A DNA stretch of 62,530 nucleotides, filler included, from Rhabdomonas costata (lineage: Eukaryota): the NCBI GenBank assembly GCA_019059605.1. It is 36 parts of 36 records of this genome, joined end to end, with 100 filler letters (N's around TTAATTAATTAA, not from the genome) between each part and the next. Parts side by side here need not be neighbours in the genome. Positions count along the whole stretch, not along the records: positions 22,636 to 24,275 come from JAHMHO010011499.1; positions 24,376 to 26,014 come from JAHMHO010011500.1; positions 26,115 to 27,751 come from JAHMHO010011501.1; positions 27,852 to 29,490 come from JAHMHO010011502.1; positions 29,591 to 31,229 come from JAHMHO010011503.1; positions 31,330 to 32,968 come from JAHMHO010011504.1; positions 33,069 to 34,705 come from JAHMHO010011505.1; positions 34,806 to 36,444 come from JAHMHO010011506.1; 28 more parts are not named here. The stretch is one strand, 5' to 3'. This document shows positions 24,083-36,580 of the stretch, one piece after another. The notes under the pieces were generated by a model. The model did not search any database, was not told where the DNA came from, and worked only from the letters and a program-made list of their open reading frames with translations. Position numbers and translations under genes: made by a program. Every line of letters starts with the position of its first letter. Within the stretch, counting starts at the first letter, position 1.

Positions 24083-26414
24083 CCGTGCGCGTCCTTTGGC
24101 GTGAGAGGCATCGCACATCTCCCTCCCTGCATATTATTATTATCCGAACTTGGATTTGAATAGTGAGGGTTATTCCTCTGCCTCTGGTCCCCATTGACCA
24201 CTTGTTTGTGCGGGCTTGGCGTGGATATTGTGATTTCCACGCCAAGCCCACACAACCCCAAACTCACCTAACACANNNNNNNNNNNNNNNNNNNNNNNNN
24301 NNNNNNNNNNNNNNNNNNNTTAATTAATTAANNNNNNNNNNNNNNNNNNNNNNNNNNNNNNNNNNNNNNNNNNNNTGTGGGTGTTAGCACCACGCCATTT
24401 CAGACCGTTTTGGGGTATTTTTGATGGTCCTCTTTGCCTTGATAAAGGCTTGCCAGGACCCTATCTGGCCATTTGCCTGCCGGCGTACTGATAAGAAAAA
24501 CATGGAGGCTGGCGTTCAACGCTGTGCCCGCAACGATTTAAATGGTTCTTCCTCATGTCCATTTTTCTCCGTGATTTTTTTACTTCCAAATAGCGCCTTC
24601 CACGATTACTTGCCACCCCTCGGGCCCATCATACTGGTCTTTGATGGCTAAAAGAAAAAAATTGCCCACAAAATTTGTTCCAGGTTAACTTCAACGATTT
24701 GTTCAGGTTTCATATCATCCGCGGTGGCGTCTTAAACAACAGCATCAATCCCAGCCCCCTGCCGAATTTAAATGGAGTGTCGAACTCGATGTTGAGATAC
24801 ACGCTCACGGAGTACCGTTTTGAAATATTTCGGCTACTCATCATACAGCTCTTTGACGCAAATGGCGCAAAGAAATCACAACCACAAGAAAGTCCATCTA
24901 AAAAAGCCCAAAACCGCAAAAAGAAAAAACGATGATGAAACTAATTTCTTTTGTTCTTACACGTATCGTGTAATGGCGCCTTAGGTCTCCTTTAGGACTG
25001 TGTTGTTGCTTTTAAGATGTTAATTTGTAAAACGTTTGTAACCGCACTAGCCAGAGTGTGCAAAATCACGTCTTTTTACTTCGAAATTGTATGCTAAAAT
25101 GTGATGTTCGTGTCAGTTGCGGAGCTTTCCCACACCCCCGCGAAAGCAGGGGTGCATTAGGCATTCCAACTGCCGTTGCGCGACGTCATCGCAGAAGACA
25201 CGCCATGCTCATGGGCATGTGCCCACATGCATACACGAATGAATACCGTCACTTTGAAAGGAGAAGAACCTAAGCGCCTTGATGTTTGGTCCAACGGCTA
25301 TGTGGCTTCATAACGTTTTGGTGTTGAAGAGTTTTACTAAGAGAATTTTCCAATAAACTTTAGAGTTTTAGAGTTTTATGCAAATATGAGATTTTTATAA
25401 AAAATTCAAATTACACAATTTCAGTGTAAGCTTAGCTGTTTTGCCAGAGAAAATCAAAAACACTGATTTTTCTTGCTTGGCAAGTATATCGAGCATGCGT
25501 GTGCACACCACAAAATGCAATATCTTGAACAACATTTTACAAGACAATATTGCCACATATATTCAACAAATTAACCATGCCATGTTCTGTTGTTGACAAG
25601 GTGCACAATACTCAATACTCCTCGTACTACACAGATACAAAGACACCACAGCGGTTCCAAAATTAGCAGCAACATACGCACCACTCATGGAGTAGTAGTA
25701 CTCACATACATGCACCAAGGATGTTGCAGCAGTTTTAGGTCCTTGTATCTTAAGCAAGCTACAGTGTAATTAAGTAAAAATATGAACAGCTTAACGGCTA
25801 AATAAATGACTTTAGACGCAGTTAATGCACTAAACGTACATGGACATCAGAGCAGATGCAAGTCGAGAACTTTTGTTGAACTGTTTTAGTTGTTGTTTTG
25901 CAGCTTAAATCTGTAGCAAATACAAAGCGTACTCATCAAGTGTAAGCATGGCACATGAGATGTGCTGAATGCTTGACATCCATGATAATCTAACACATCA
26001 TGTGGAAGCAAAAANNNNNNNNNNNNNNNNNNNNNNNNNNNNNNNNNNNNNNNNNNNNTTAATTAATTAANNNNNNNNNNNNNNNNNNNNNNNNNNNNNN
26101 NNNNNNNNNNNNNNGAGTGGGTGAGCATGACCATGGGGTACACTTTGTCAGGGGCACAGCAGGCCACTTCTGGTGGGAACGCGCACGTCAGAAAATGGGA
26201 TTGAGGGGCTTTTGGCATGTGTATGCGATAGGGCTTGCGTGGGACGGGGGGCGTGGCCGCCAGGGGAGAGGAGGAGAAACGAAAGGGGGAGTGTGCTTCG
26301 TATGTGTTATCGGGGATTCACAAGCGCACATGCTTATCCTGACCTCCGGACGCTTTCCCGCAACCCGTGCACACCTACTCTGCCTTCCTTCAGTATCTCC
26401 TTTCGTGTCTGTAC

Positions 26415-27570
26415 CTGCAGAGTTTGCGGATACTGAGGGGAGGGATCACAAGATCCGAAGGGAGCCGGGTCAGTGGGGTGCGAGGGGTGGCGTACAACGT
26501 GGCAGGCGGAAGAAGGGACATGCGCACCTACCCCCGTAACAACAACCCCGCGATGATCTCCCTCTGCCATACTATAAATCTTCAATCTATTAATTCTCGC
26601 ACCTATACAGGAAACATTAGGCCAAGAAAAAACCTCTAATGCTAGTGCGTCCAAAGGGCAGCCCACGCAATTTCATAGGTTCAAGGCCTGCGTACATTTT
26701 CCCACTTGCTCGCTCTTATCCCTGTGCGGAAATAACAACCTCGTCTCCGCTGTGGCGATGACGAATCACCGCCCACAGCCACGAGGCTCTGCGGCGCAAC
26801 CAGCGAATGGCTCGAGCGATGGAGCCGAAACTCTCGTTGGCAATCTTTTGCTGGACCTGTTGGAGAATAGGTCGCCCTAGCACACTTACAAACATGGGCA
26901 CATGGCAACGCATGATGCCGAATAATTTAAGAAAAATGGCACAGTAATTATTTCCGATAATTTTACGGATGCTAATGTTTTCTGGTTATCCCGTCTTGTG
27001 GAGCGCGGTTCTCGTGCTTTTTTAATTGAGTCATTAGTTCAAATCATGTTTCGATGAAACTTCAATCAGCGCAAATTCAACAGAATGCTCCGAAAAGCAC
27101 ATTCATCGCAGTGGTCTACACAGAATAAACAACGAACTGCGCACCCAGCAAGACAAAAACAGATACCACCAAAAATGCATCCAAGAACGCCATTGTAATG
27201 TGCAGTGACGAACGAAGCAGATATTCAGGAAAGAGCCCAATGACAGCAACCGAAAGTTCAACATCTGGAGCCACGTGGCGAATAACACCTTAACAACCGC
27301 TAAACACCTCTAGTTCCGTCAGATATGGTTTTTTCCTCGTGGAAAAAGAGGGGACCCCCGTCGAAGACTCGACATACCTGTAGCAGTTCTTCCCCTGGGG
27401 TGGGCTGAATGCCGGCGGCCTCGCTGAATTGCTGCAAAAGATCGTAGATCTCATCCAAGGTAAGAAAGCCTGGGCGATAAGGACGGTCAGGATTGCGCAC
27501 GCGGATCATACTCAACATCTCCTCCAGGTCGGGCTCCGTCCAGAAGTCCTCATCCGAGACGTTCAAGCTT
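26415..27570 (-). CDS. Hypothetical protein with an EF-hand-like segment, three exons (27570-27378, 26856-26740, 26527-26415)
   Basis: Phase-0 GT-AG joins give ..EEMLSMIRVRNPDRPYRPGFLTLDEIYDLLQQF..ELLQ|VQQKIANESFG..GDE|VRMSLLPP. Confidence 0.6.
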
Positions 27571-28800
27571 CTGCAAAGGAAAACCACAGAAAACAGTGGC
27601 ATAGAAATCGCCGCATGCCGGCATTGGAAGAGGAAAACAGTGTGCCAACATACAATTCTCGCGACTTCTGCGGAAATAAAGCAGGGAGCTGAGACGTGGT
27701 CTCATGGGCTGTATATACCAGTATTCCGGCCCTCTTAGGTTCCAACAAAAANNNNNNNNNNNNNNNNNNNNNNNNNNNNNNNNNNNNNNNNNNNNTTAAT
27801 TAATTAANNNNNNNNNNNNNNNNNNNNNNNNNNNNNNNNNNNNNNNNNNNNGGATGCTATGAATGTGCGGATGTTTTGTGAGGTCGGCGTCCTCTCTTTC
27901 CGTCGCTCTCCTTTTTTCCATTCTATTGTTTTTGCTGTCTCTTGCGTTTTTGTTCTGGTTTCGGAACGGGCACCACCTTTGTGCGTTGCTTTCTGTATTT
28001 TGACAAATGCGTAGCAAGAGGGCTACTGACCCCCCAGAAGATTCTTCGGTAGATTGCGGTTCCTTCGGTCTCCTCGATCCTTTGGTTGCACACGGTTTCT
28101 TGAATGGAGCCATGTCCGGAACCCGAACATGTGATACGGCCTCACGGGCGTCAACAGGTGTCTACACTTCAGGGTAGAGTTTTATTGACTTCATAATTTG
28201 TATCGGCCGTGGTTTTCGGTGGAAGTTCAATGGCGGAGTCCTGTTGACAAGTATGGCTCTCCAACTTCGCTGCGTCGGTTCGAGGGCAGCGTATGTGCAA
28301 CGGAATTCTCCTGCTCGGGTCAGGATGTCACCACAATTGATGCCAGTCACAGTATTTTTTTACGTGTTCATACTCACTATTGATTCAGTGTGAAAAGATC
28401 GTGATTTTGAGATGAGGAACCAGGACAAGAGCAGGATTTTAGAAGAAGGCTGAAATCAATCCGACAGGGATTGGACACTTCGGGATGGAGTAGGAGAAGG
28501 GGAGTGTTGAATCCCTGTGGGGCAGAACAAGGTTCTCGAGCACTGACTGAGAAAGGTCTCTGCATCAGTGTACTGGACGTTCCTCCTGTGGTAAAGGCAG
28601 GCAATCTCCAGCAAGGAATGACCCCTGGGACATGGCTTGGAATTACAGGAGTTCAGGTTGCAATAGTCCCGGGGGGTGCCTTTTTTAGTTCGGTGCTGTT
28701 TGTGCATTTTCGTGTTTTTCTTTTTCCCGTCCTGTGCTGTGCGGACGTCCCTTCGTGGGGTTCGTGGTTCGGGGTGGGAGGGAGTTAGAGAGTTAGAGCA

Positions 28801-28947
28801 ATGGAGCCCCCTAGGGCACTCCCCCCCGGGCACGATCTGTTGGGCGAAGGGCACTCTGCGATGAACTACGCGCAGCTGTGCCTGCTGGCGTTCTGCGGGT
28901 TCTGGTTCCTGTTCCTGCTCGCGTGGCGACTCTCCAAGAGCTTCAAG
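28801..28947 (+). CDS. Exon of a membrane protein, possibly the first
   Basis: MEPPRALPPGHDLLGEGHSAMNYAQLCLLAFCGFWFLFLLAWRLSKSFK followed by a GTATGC donor. GC3-rich codons and one transmembrane helix. Confidence 0.55.
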
Positions 28948-31456
28948 GTATGCCGTCACCACGGGATTGCCGGTGTGGTACCACATCCGTTGCGGGTGGA
29001 GGAGGACTCCTTTGGGCCAAGAATCTGTGGCAGCAAGGTGGCAGCGGAGAAGGCCGGAACCCTAACAGCACCTTAACAACACCTCTTTATACCGTGTGAT
29101 AAATTCGTCCTCAAACGCCATCAACAGGTGGATATCTTGGTAAGCTAACTTTTTATGAGGTCCCATTGTTCAACGCTACATCGCTCTGGTGCTCGTTTTC
29201 TGCCTAACTCCTGCTGCTGGTTGAAAAGGGCTGCAAGTCCCCTGTCCGCCTCCCCACCTTCGCAATTTTGGGGTTCTGCTACAACACCGCCGCTCGAAAG
29301 CTGTAGAGTATCAGGCGTGGCCACCATAGCCATTGGTCTATGTGTCTTTCCCTCAAGATCCCAACTGGTGTCACTGTAGAAGGGGTTGAGCGTATTGAAA
29401 CTGCGAGGTAACGCCGGTAATGGCACTACCGAATCCTCGCTGACTGGTTACTTTCGTCTGGATCACACAACAACCCATACACACCCACACNNNNNNNNNN
29501 NNNNNNNNNNNNNNNNNNNNNNNNNNNNNNNNNNTTAATTAATTAANNNNNNNNNNNNNNNNNNNNNNNNNNNNNNNNNNNNNNNNNNNNGGGTGGTGTG
29601 TGTGTCATAGCCGTAAATCGTCCGTAAAACCGCGAATCAAAGGCCTCTATAGTCTACTTGTCGCTCACAACTACCTATTTCTTCATCATAGACCTAGAAG
29701 ATTTACTCCGCAAACTGACCGTCGAACTTGTGCCTCAACATTTTCCACCTCTTTGCTTACAACCGTTGTAAGTCGCATTTTTCTCATCAATTATCTATCT
29801 CAGAGTGTCAGATACTCGTGCTGCAGCACTGCAATTTTATGACTTGATTCCATTTATTTCACACAATATAGCATCGCCGTGTGTACGCACACTTGCGCGT
29901 ATACAATTCTGTTCTTATCGGATATGTTCAAAAGTGTACAGCTGTATATTGGAATCTTTCTAAATGGAACATTCAGACGAGATCCAAAAAGTCATAATAG
30001 ATGACCATTTTTTGTACATCAGGACATACCTAACCACCTAACTATACGTGACCATAACAGTAGTCCATTGAAACACTCAGGATCTTCCGTTCTCGTGGAA
30101 GAATACTTCCATATTCGTTACCCGTATGGCTGGTGAACGCTTTTTTGTCCCTCCAACGTCACAACAACGAGTCTATACACACGGAATATTCTTATTTCCC
30201 TCTTTTTTTACTCTGTGAAATTACAGTAGTTGAGCCCATTCTTATTTCTGTAGCCCTACCATTTTTGTGGCTCTTGTTGTGTACATTGACTTTCCAGTTT
30301 ATGTGTGCTCTATCCAGTTGACCCTAAACCTTTGTAATAAATATTGCGGCGTTGTTGTACTCGGTTTTCAATTATTCCAATTTTAGTTTCACATTTATAT
30401 GAGGTATATTTGAGCAGTTTTATGGAGGAAAAACTCTAGTGCGTGATCCTGTTAGACGAACACCCAAAAACGATATACTATCGTACACGCATACGATACT
30501 TACTCGTCTGTACATACGCGCGCTTTAACTGTTAGAATAGTGCGATAGACTTATGGTATGATAGTCGACTACGCAAATTTGCTACTATTATCTCGAGACA
30601 AAACATAAATTGAGTGTGCTTTGTGTGAGTTCAGTTGATGGCCTAGTGACTTCATTGTCTTTTTTATGGTTTCCGTGCTCAAATGAGTCTACGAAGTTGA
30701 AAAATTCAGGTCTTTTTTGTGGTATGGTCCCAAGGTTCTTTCGTGCCTTTTCACATGAGATCCAATACCGTGGATGTGGATCGTCGGATACGCGTGGTTC
30801 CGGAGGTACTTTGAGCAGCTCACTGGTGTGACGTTTCCATTTTTTTCTGGGGGAATCCGCAAATTCAAAAGATGGATTGTCTATTTCAAAGCTTAGGTGA
30901 CGTCGATGATGGCAAACTGGGTTTGAAACTTCTGTTTTAGCATCACTCTACCTCTTTCGTCAACGCAGCATGGTCGGTATCACACAAAAGAATTTTCGTA
31001 GAGTCTTCTGGAAGCTGTGTACCAATAGGCGTTTGTAAACTCTGGTAATACTATCGTGATCACGCAGTACTTGGTGCATACAAATCAAAGAACGTGAGGG
31101 ATGAGTTACAAGGAGAGTTTGCATATCATCGCTATCCTTACCACCGCTACTTGAACGCATTGACGCCAATGGTATCAGCTCGTGTACAAGCACTGAGTTC
31201 CGCTTCGATTACCCCGTACCCACACCCACNNNNNNNNNNNNNNNNNNNNNNNNNNNNNNNNNNNNNNNNNNNNTTAATTAATTAANNNNNNNNNNNNNNN
31301 NNNNNNNNNNNNNNNNNNNNNNNNNNNNNTTTGTGTTTACACCAACAAGATATGTGCAGGAAACGTCAGCTTTTTCGAGCCTCGGCGAGGAGAGGCTGAG
31401 ATTCTCGTATGAAGCAAAGCAGAAGCAGAAGCAGAAGCAGAAGCAAAAAAAAAGGT

Positions 31457-31479
31457 CCATCACTTTCACAGTATACTGC
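31457..31479 (+). repeat. Dispersed repeat family C core (second copy at 45417-45439)
   Basis: CCATCAC(T/A)TTCACAGTATACTGC is 22/23 identical in two contigs. Both copies are preceded by AAGC-rich repeats. Confidence 0.7.
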
Positions 31480-31544
31480 CTTCATATGTGTGGGGTCAGA
31501 ATCGCTGGTTGCTCTTCTTCACTTTTCTTGTGTGCCTTTCTCAG

Positions 31545-32869
31545 CGACTGACGAAATGGAAGCGCTGGGAGGAAAGCCAACGCGGCCAGCTCCAGGACAA
31601 GCTGTACGACATCGCGCAGAAGGCGAAGAGGTGCTATCCGGCTTCTCCGCTTCTCCCCAAAGATTTTTATTTTCGATTGCTCGCATCTCTTGGAAACAGA
31701 GGGTGGCACCCATAGCTCTTGGGATTGCACAAAGAGGGGTAGGTGAGAACGGTCAACGATGTCGATGGTACCTTTGCCGCGAGTAAATGCAGTGGCGTTT
31801 CAAGTTGAGCAGGCAGCGTTAACTTCCCACTTTTCTGGTTTACCTGGTGTACCTCCTTGCTCGCCGCCTCTCTAACACGTTGTGGGTGTCACGTCAAACC
31901 CTCAGGCTGCATGGGGAAAAAGGATTACAAGAGAGTGGGGGAGATTCGAATATCCTGAAGAGCCGCGGCCAGAATGCCACGCAGCCGTTTTGCCCAATTG
32001 TGGACACAAGAATGAAGACCCGTGGCGCTTGATTTGCCCAGCGTTCGTTTTGTTCTTTGAAATTTTTGCATTTTCAGGCACACGGGTTTTTTGTGGCAAA
32101 CATTCTCAGGAACGTTTCAGTTGTCACGCCGCAGGGGAAGAAGGCGCTGCTGGGATCCTACTCACAGTTGCACACCTCAGACGATGAGAAGCGGGCGGCC
32201 ATTTTGGCCCACTACCATTCACGCCGGTGCGTCCTTCTTTTTCAACACTTCTTCTTTCGTTCACCTTTGACCATATTTTGTTGACGCAATACTGATTTCG
32301 TCAACGAGACCGGTGAGCCACGCCCTTTGGCATCTTTCCGCTGGATTCTTGTATTGCTCTGTGTTGCGGAGGGCACTGGTGCTGCCCCGTGGCCATAGTG
32401 GCCAACAGCCATGCTCCCTCAAGTGTCGAGTGGATAGGTCGCCTACGGGCAGTCAGCGCCCTATGTGCCCAACACACACATACACACACGTTTCCGGATT
32501 CCGAGATACCATTTGAACTCCTTTTTAGGTGCACCACTGCACCAGTTTTTCCTTGGGACGGCAGCATGGGTTCCTCCGTGGGGTGGGTGGTACTAGGTCG
32601 TAGTAGTAATAGTAGTGGAGTGGCAATCTTCTGGTTCCCTTGACAGCGCGGACTTCGTGCAGCGGTTCCACCAGTGGTTTGAGGCCACCACCGCAGTGCA
32701 AGACTCCCTGCGAGATGCAAGGCGGGACTGTGAGCTACAGCTCCAAAGCCCTCTCCACGTCCCTGTCGTCAGTCCCGGCACCCTCCAGGAGCGGGTGCAG
32801 GGCCTGGAGGCCGCCCTGCAGTCAAAGCTGCGGGAGCAGCCCAGATTCAAGTTCGCCACCCGAACTCGG
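31545..32869 (+). CDS. Hypothetical helical protein, exons 31545-31630, 32135-32226 and 32647-32869
   Basis: RLTKWKRWEESQRGQLQDKLYDIAQKAK / GKKALLGSYSQLHTSDDEKRAAILAHYHSR|RADFVQRFHQWF..QPRFKF. The exon 2-3 phase fits; the exon 1-2 phase is unresolved. Confidence 0.55.
31878..32040 (-). repeat. Dispersed repeat family A, intronic copy
   Basis: The minus strand reads GGGCAAATCAAGCGCCACGGGTCTTC..GGCTGCGTGG..CCATGCAGCCTGAGGGTTTGACGTGACACCCACAACG. The last 33 nt match 11024-11056 with one mismatch. Confidence 0.8.
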
Positions 32870-34261
32870 GTGTGCCGCTGTTTTTTGCGCATTTTTTGCT
32901 CATGTTGTATGTTTTACAGTTTCTACTTCTTTTTTAGTATTACTGCTGCATCACCGTGCTTCTGTCCANNNNNNNNNNNNNNNNNNNNNNNNNNNNNNNN
33001 NNNNNNNNNNNNTTAATTAATTAANNNNNNNNNNNNNNNNNNNNNNNNNNNNNNNNNNNNNNNNNNNNGTTGTGTGAGCAATTGAGAAACCAGACCAGAT
33101 ATATGGAGTATCACGAAGTGGAGCAGCGGATATATATATATATATCCGCTGCATTCACGTATATATATATACGTGAAGATATTGGATAAAGTGGACGGTT
33201 TTGGTTGTTAATTATTTACTCTAGTCGTCCATTTGTTTCAGATGGTGAATTGCAGCCAAAGGTGGACGAGTGAGCTCACTCCGCGTATGTTTGGAGGTGA
33301 TAAAAAGGTAATAAATTGGAGAGATATCGAAAGAGAGAGTCAATGTGGAGCCAAGACTTTCCATGAGAGGATAAATGTGCGAGAGGTGGAGTGAAACAAG
33401 ATATACTGTGGAGTGTAGCAGAGCTATAATGCAGAGGCGAGCCGTTAGAGAGATCATTCTTCCGAGAGTAACTGCATGACACGTATGATAGTCTTTGAGT
33501 GCACAAAAAGATATAGAACACGTTGTGGTTCGCAGTAGTCAGAATTTTCAGAGCCATTTTCGTGGGTATGTTGGGTTTTTTACCAGCTAGGATCAGCGAG
33601 TTTAAAATACTGCAAATTGGAGGAATTTGAAAACGAGACGATGGAGGATTAAAAGAGGAACAAGTCATTGTTTTTCAACGCCAATTTCAAAAGAAAAGGA
33701 GAGATATCCCTACAAAAGGTCTTGAAACCGATGTCTGACTTCGGGTGCTTTTTGGATAAGTTTAATTAGGTTATACTTTGGTTTTCGTGGCGTTTTGTGG
33801 TTGTGATAAAAAAGCTGTTTACCTATTTTACAGGTCACATATAAAATCTCAGATGATACAGGCTAAATGCAATGTATGGGCGATTCAGGGCTAACGTTTG
33901 AAATCTGAACCTTCTCACTTTTACCTGTGCTGTGCTTTGGTGCCGTTCCATTCTTGATTACATTGTTTTTGGGTGTGAAAGGCGTAAGCGGACGGATGGG
34001 TAGAGGCAAGAACTCCAGGACACCACCTCCAAGCGGAACACTCGAAAGCAAATGTCTCTGAAACGAGAAGCCAGCAGAAGCCACAGAAAGAGAAGTACAG
34101 ATAAACCACCCGCTTTGCCCAAGACCCCGGCCCCACATCAGCTGAAGAGCCCCAGCAAGCGCGGAGCTAAAGATCACCGACGCCACACACGCACACAGGC
34201 CAGGAATCAAATACATAGCCCACGTTTCCATACCGGGATCTGGATAAAATTAGCCTGGTTT

Positions 34262-34430
34262 TGGGTGTTTTCACCCAGATAAACCGCGTCAGAGCCCACT
34301 TAGTGAAAGCTGAGTCGTGATACAGGCTATCAGAATCGGATCCCAGAGCCACCACCACCGGCAAGAGGTAGGAGGCACGTAAGAGGCTCGGCGGATAGAA
34401 GGCGTGCGACAAGCGAGACTTGGGACACGA
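34262..34430 (-). pseudogene. Decayed non-LTR (L1/Tx1-like) RT thumb fragment; related copy at 44262-44345 (+)
   Basis: TCLLPLAGGGGSGIRF / SLYHDSAFTKWALTRFI here and GLGVHQPYPDYAFAKWALSRFI at 44267 resemble P...GGLG.......A...KW..RF. Nucleotide similarity between the two contigs is visible. Confidence 0.45.
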
Positions 34431-35544
34431 TGGGTCTCCAAGTGCAACCGTGCCAAATTGGGACTGAGAGACGGAAGAATCCACTCTTCAGACATAATGC
34501 TTGAAAGAACGGCCCGGATGGACTGAGCGTTCTGGCGGCGAGCGCTGAGGATTTGTATGAGATTGTTTTGTTCTTAATTACGCCATGCAGACAACCGATC
34601 TTTTGAGGTATCAATCCTGCGCATTGAAAGGTTAGTGACAAGCCACATGCGCAGGATTGATACCTCAAAAGATCGGTTGTCTGCATGGCGTAATTAAACA
34701 CAAAANNNNNNNNNNNNNNNNNNNNNNNNNNNNNNNNNNNNNNNNNNNNTTAATTAATTAANNNNNNNNNNNNNNNNNNNNNNNNNNNNNNNNNNNNNNN
34801 NNNNNGTCTGACGGTGCTGGTTCGGAAAGCACCCTCATTACTTGCGCTGTACTTGCGGTGCAATCCCATTTTCGTGGATCAGGTGCCTTGGTGAGTGATT
34901 GAGAAGGGAACGTGTTACATGGAATGTGTTTTCCGTTGGCTCGAAGTCAACCGCTCAGGACTGTCGCAGCTTTTTCCTTCGTCCGCAGCATGCGATGTGG
35001 TGATCTCATTTTACAAATTCGACCCTTTGGTGTGGGTTGACGGTTGGTGAAGTGCTGTGGTACTCGTACCACTTGTACTACTTGATGTTCTGAAACCCAA
35101 ATCCCGCCACTGTAAAGGCCATCGTAATGGAACGGCACATTAAAAATCATCATTTTTTTTTGGTAAGAACGGTTTTTCTTTCTCAAGGTGAGTGTGGTAG
35201 CAATTGTTCACCGTAGCTCCAGTATTCATCACGCGACAGGCAAGAGAAAATCGGAAAGAGGCGAGGGCAAGAAGCGGGCGTTTGTGGTTTGGGTCGATTT
35301 TTGAAGCAAGAAAGGCCGCAAGGGTAGCAGTACATTTAAGGCAGATAAATGGAGGGAATTAGTGAAAAAAATTAAAGTGGGAAAACTTTTCGCGAATTTC
35401 CTCGAGTTATTACGAATTTATGGTTTGCTTGTTTGTGGTCCTGATGCTCCGCTCATTTGCGCGAGTACCTTCCATTCACGGTGCTTTGTGTGAATTGTTC
35501 GTTTTTATCCAAGCCTGTCCGCACCACGTGTTTTTTTCCTCCAG

Positions 35545-35808
35545 AGCCTTTGCCACACCATCAACTACACTTTGTCCTCGCGGCTGGTGTGGAGTCCAAC
35601 CACTCACCGGTGGTTCCGCCGTGGCTTTCGGAGTCTTGTGCGAACCTTTGTTATGGTCACCGTGACCTATCACAAGATTTTTGTCGACGACAAGGCTGAT
35701 CTGCTGGTGGGACACATTCTCCCCTTTGTCGCCGTCACGTCTTCGAACTTTTCTCTACTGAATTCGGTGTTCTCTTCTTCGTGGTTCCACTTGGACATCG
35801 AAGACTGA
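35545..35808 (+). CDS. Terminal exon with a WSPxTH..F...FR..VRT motif (C-terminal module seen in protist ankyrin/LRR proteins)
   Basis: CCAG|SLCHTINYTLSSRLVWSPTTHRWFRRGFRSLVRTFVMV..DLLVGHILPF.., ending in TGA. Confidence 0.55.
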   Translation, partial: SLCHTINYTLSSRLVWSPTTHRWFRRGFRSLVRTFVMVTVTYHKIFVDDKADLLVGHILPFVAVTSSNFSLLNSVFSSSWFHLDIED

Positions 35809-36344
35809 CTAGGCAAGCGTTTTGACTCCTTGATGGGTTCCGCTTTGGCTGGTTTTGCCGTGGGAAGTTGTCCCTTTGCTTTGCATGCACTCGCTTCTTT
35901 TGGTAGAAAAAGCGCTGTCTCGGGTTACTCTGCAGCCAACGTTTTTGAAGAGTTCTCTTCTTGCGGGATTTAAGAATAAAAAGGCTAGCTCAACCATTTA
36001 CTAACCCAGAAATAGCTTTTTATCGCACTTGACGCCCCATCAAACCCAATCGTCGGGTGGTACACCAAAGGCGTAGCTGTTCTGTCGGGGCTTATTTCTA
36101 TTCTTTTGTCGAGTTCTTCTTCCTCAGAGCTTGGTTTCGATAAAAGAAATGACTGTTCCTAAGTATAATTGTCATTTCGCCCTCACAGTTCGGTTTGCAC
36201 TCTTCTTTTGTGACGCTTCCAAGCAGAACATGTCGACTCTTGGGCGAGGAAGAAGCTCCCCAGGTAGACTTCCAGGAGAGCGAAGCTGTGTGTTACTGTT
36301 AAATTGGTTCTGACTGTCGGGGTGGTGGTGGTGCTTAATTGAAA

Positions 36345-36420
36345 CTCCTTCCCCATGGCCGCTGTTTAGTGATTTCGAGAGGGCTAAGCCGAAGGAGCCT
36401 GAGGTCTTTTTTTTTCGTAA
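36345..36420 (+). repeat. Dispersed repeat family A, head only
   Basis: GAGAGGGCTAAGCCGAAGGAGCCTGAGGTCTTTT versus AGAGGGCTAAGCCGAAGCAGGCCTGGGGTCTTT at 50012. Confidence 0.75.
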
Positions 36421-36580
36421 CGCGGTGCTTGGGTCATGTGTTTCNNNNNNNNNNNNNNNNNNNNNNNNNNNNNNNNNNNNNNNNNNNNTTAATTAATTAA
36501 NNNNNNNNNNNNNNNNNNNNNNNNNNNNNNNNNNNNNNNNNNNNGGGTTAGTACCAGCGTCTCCTTCGATTCCTTACCAG

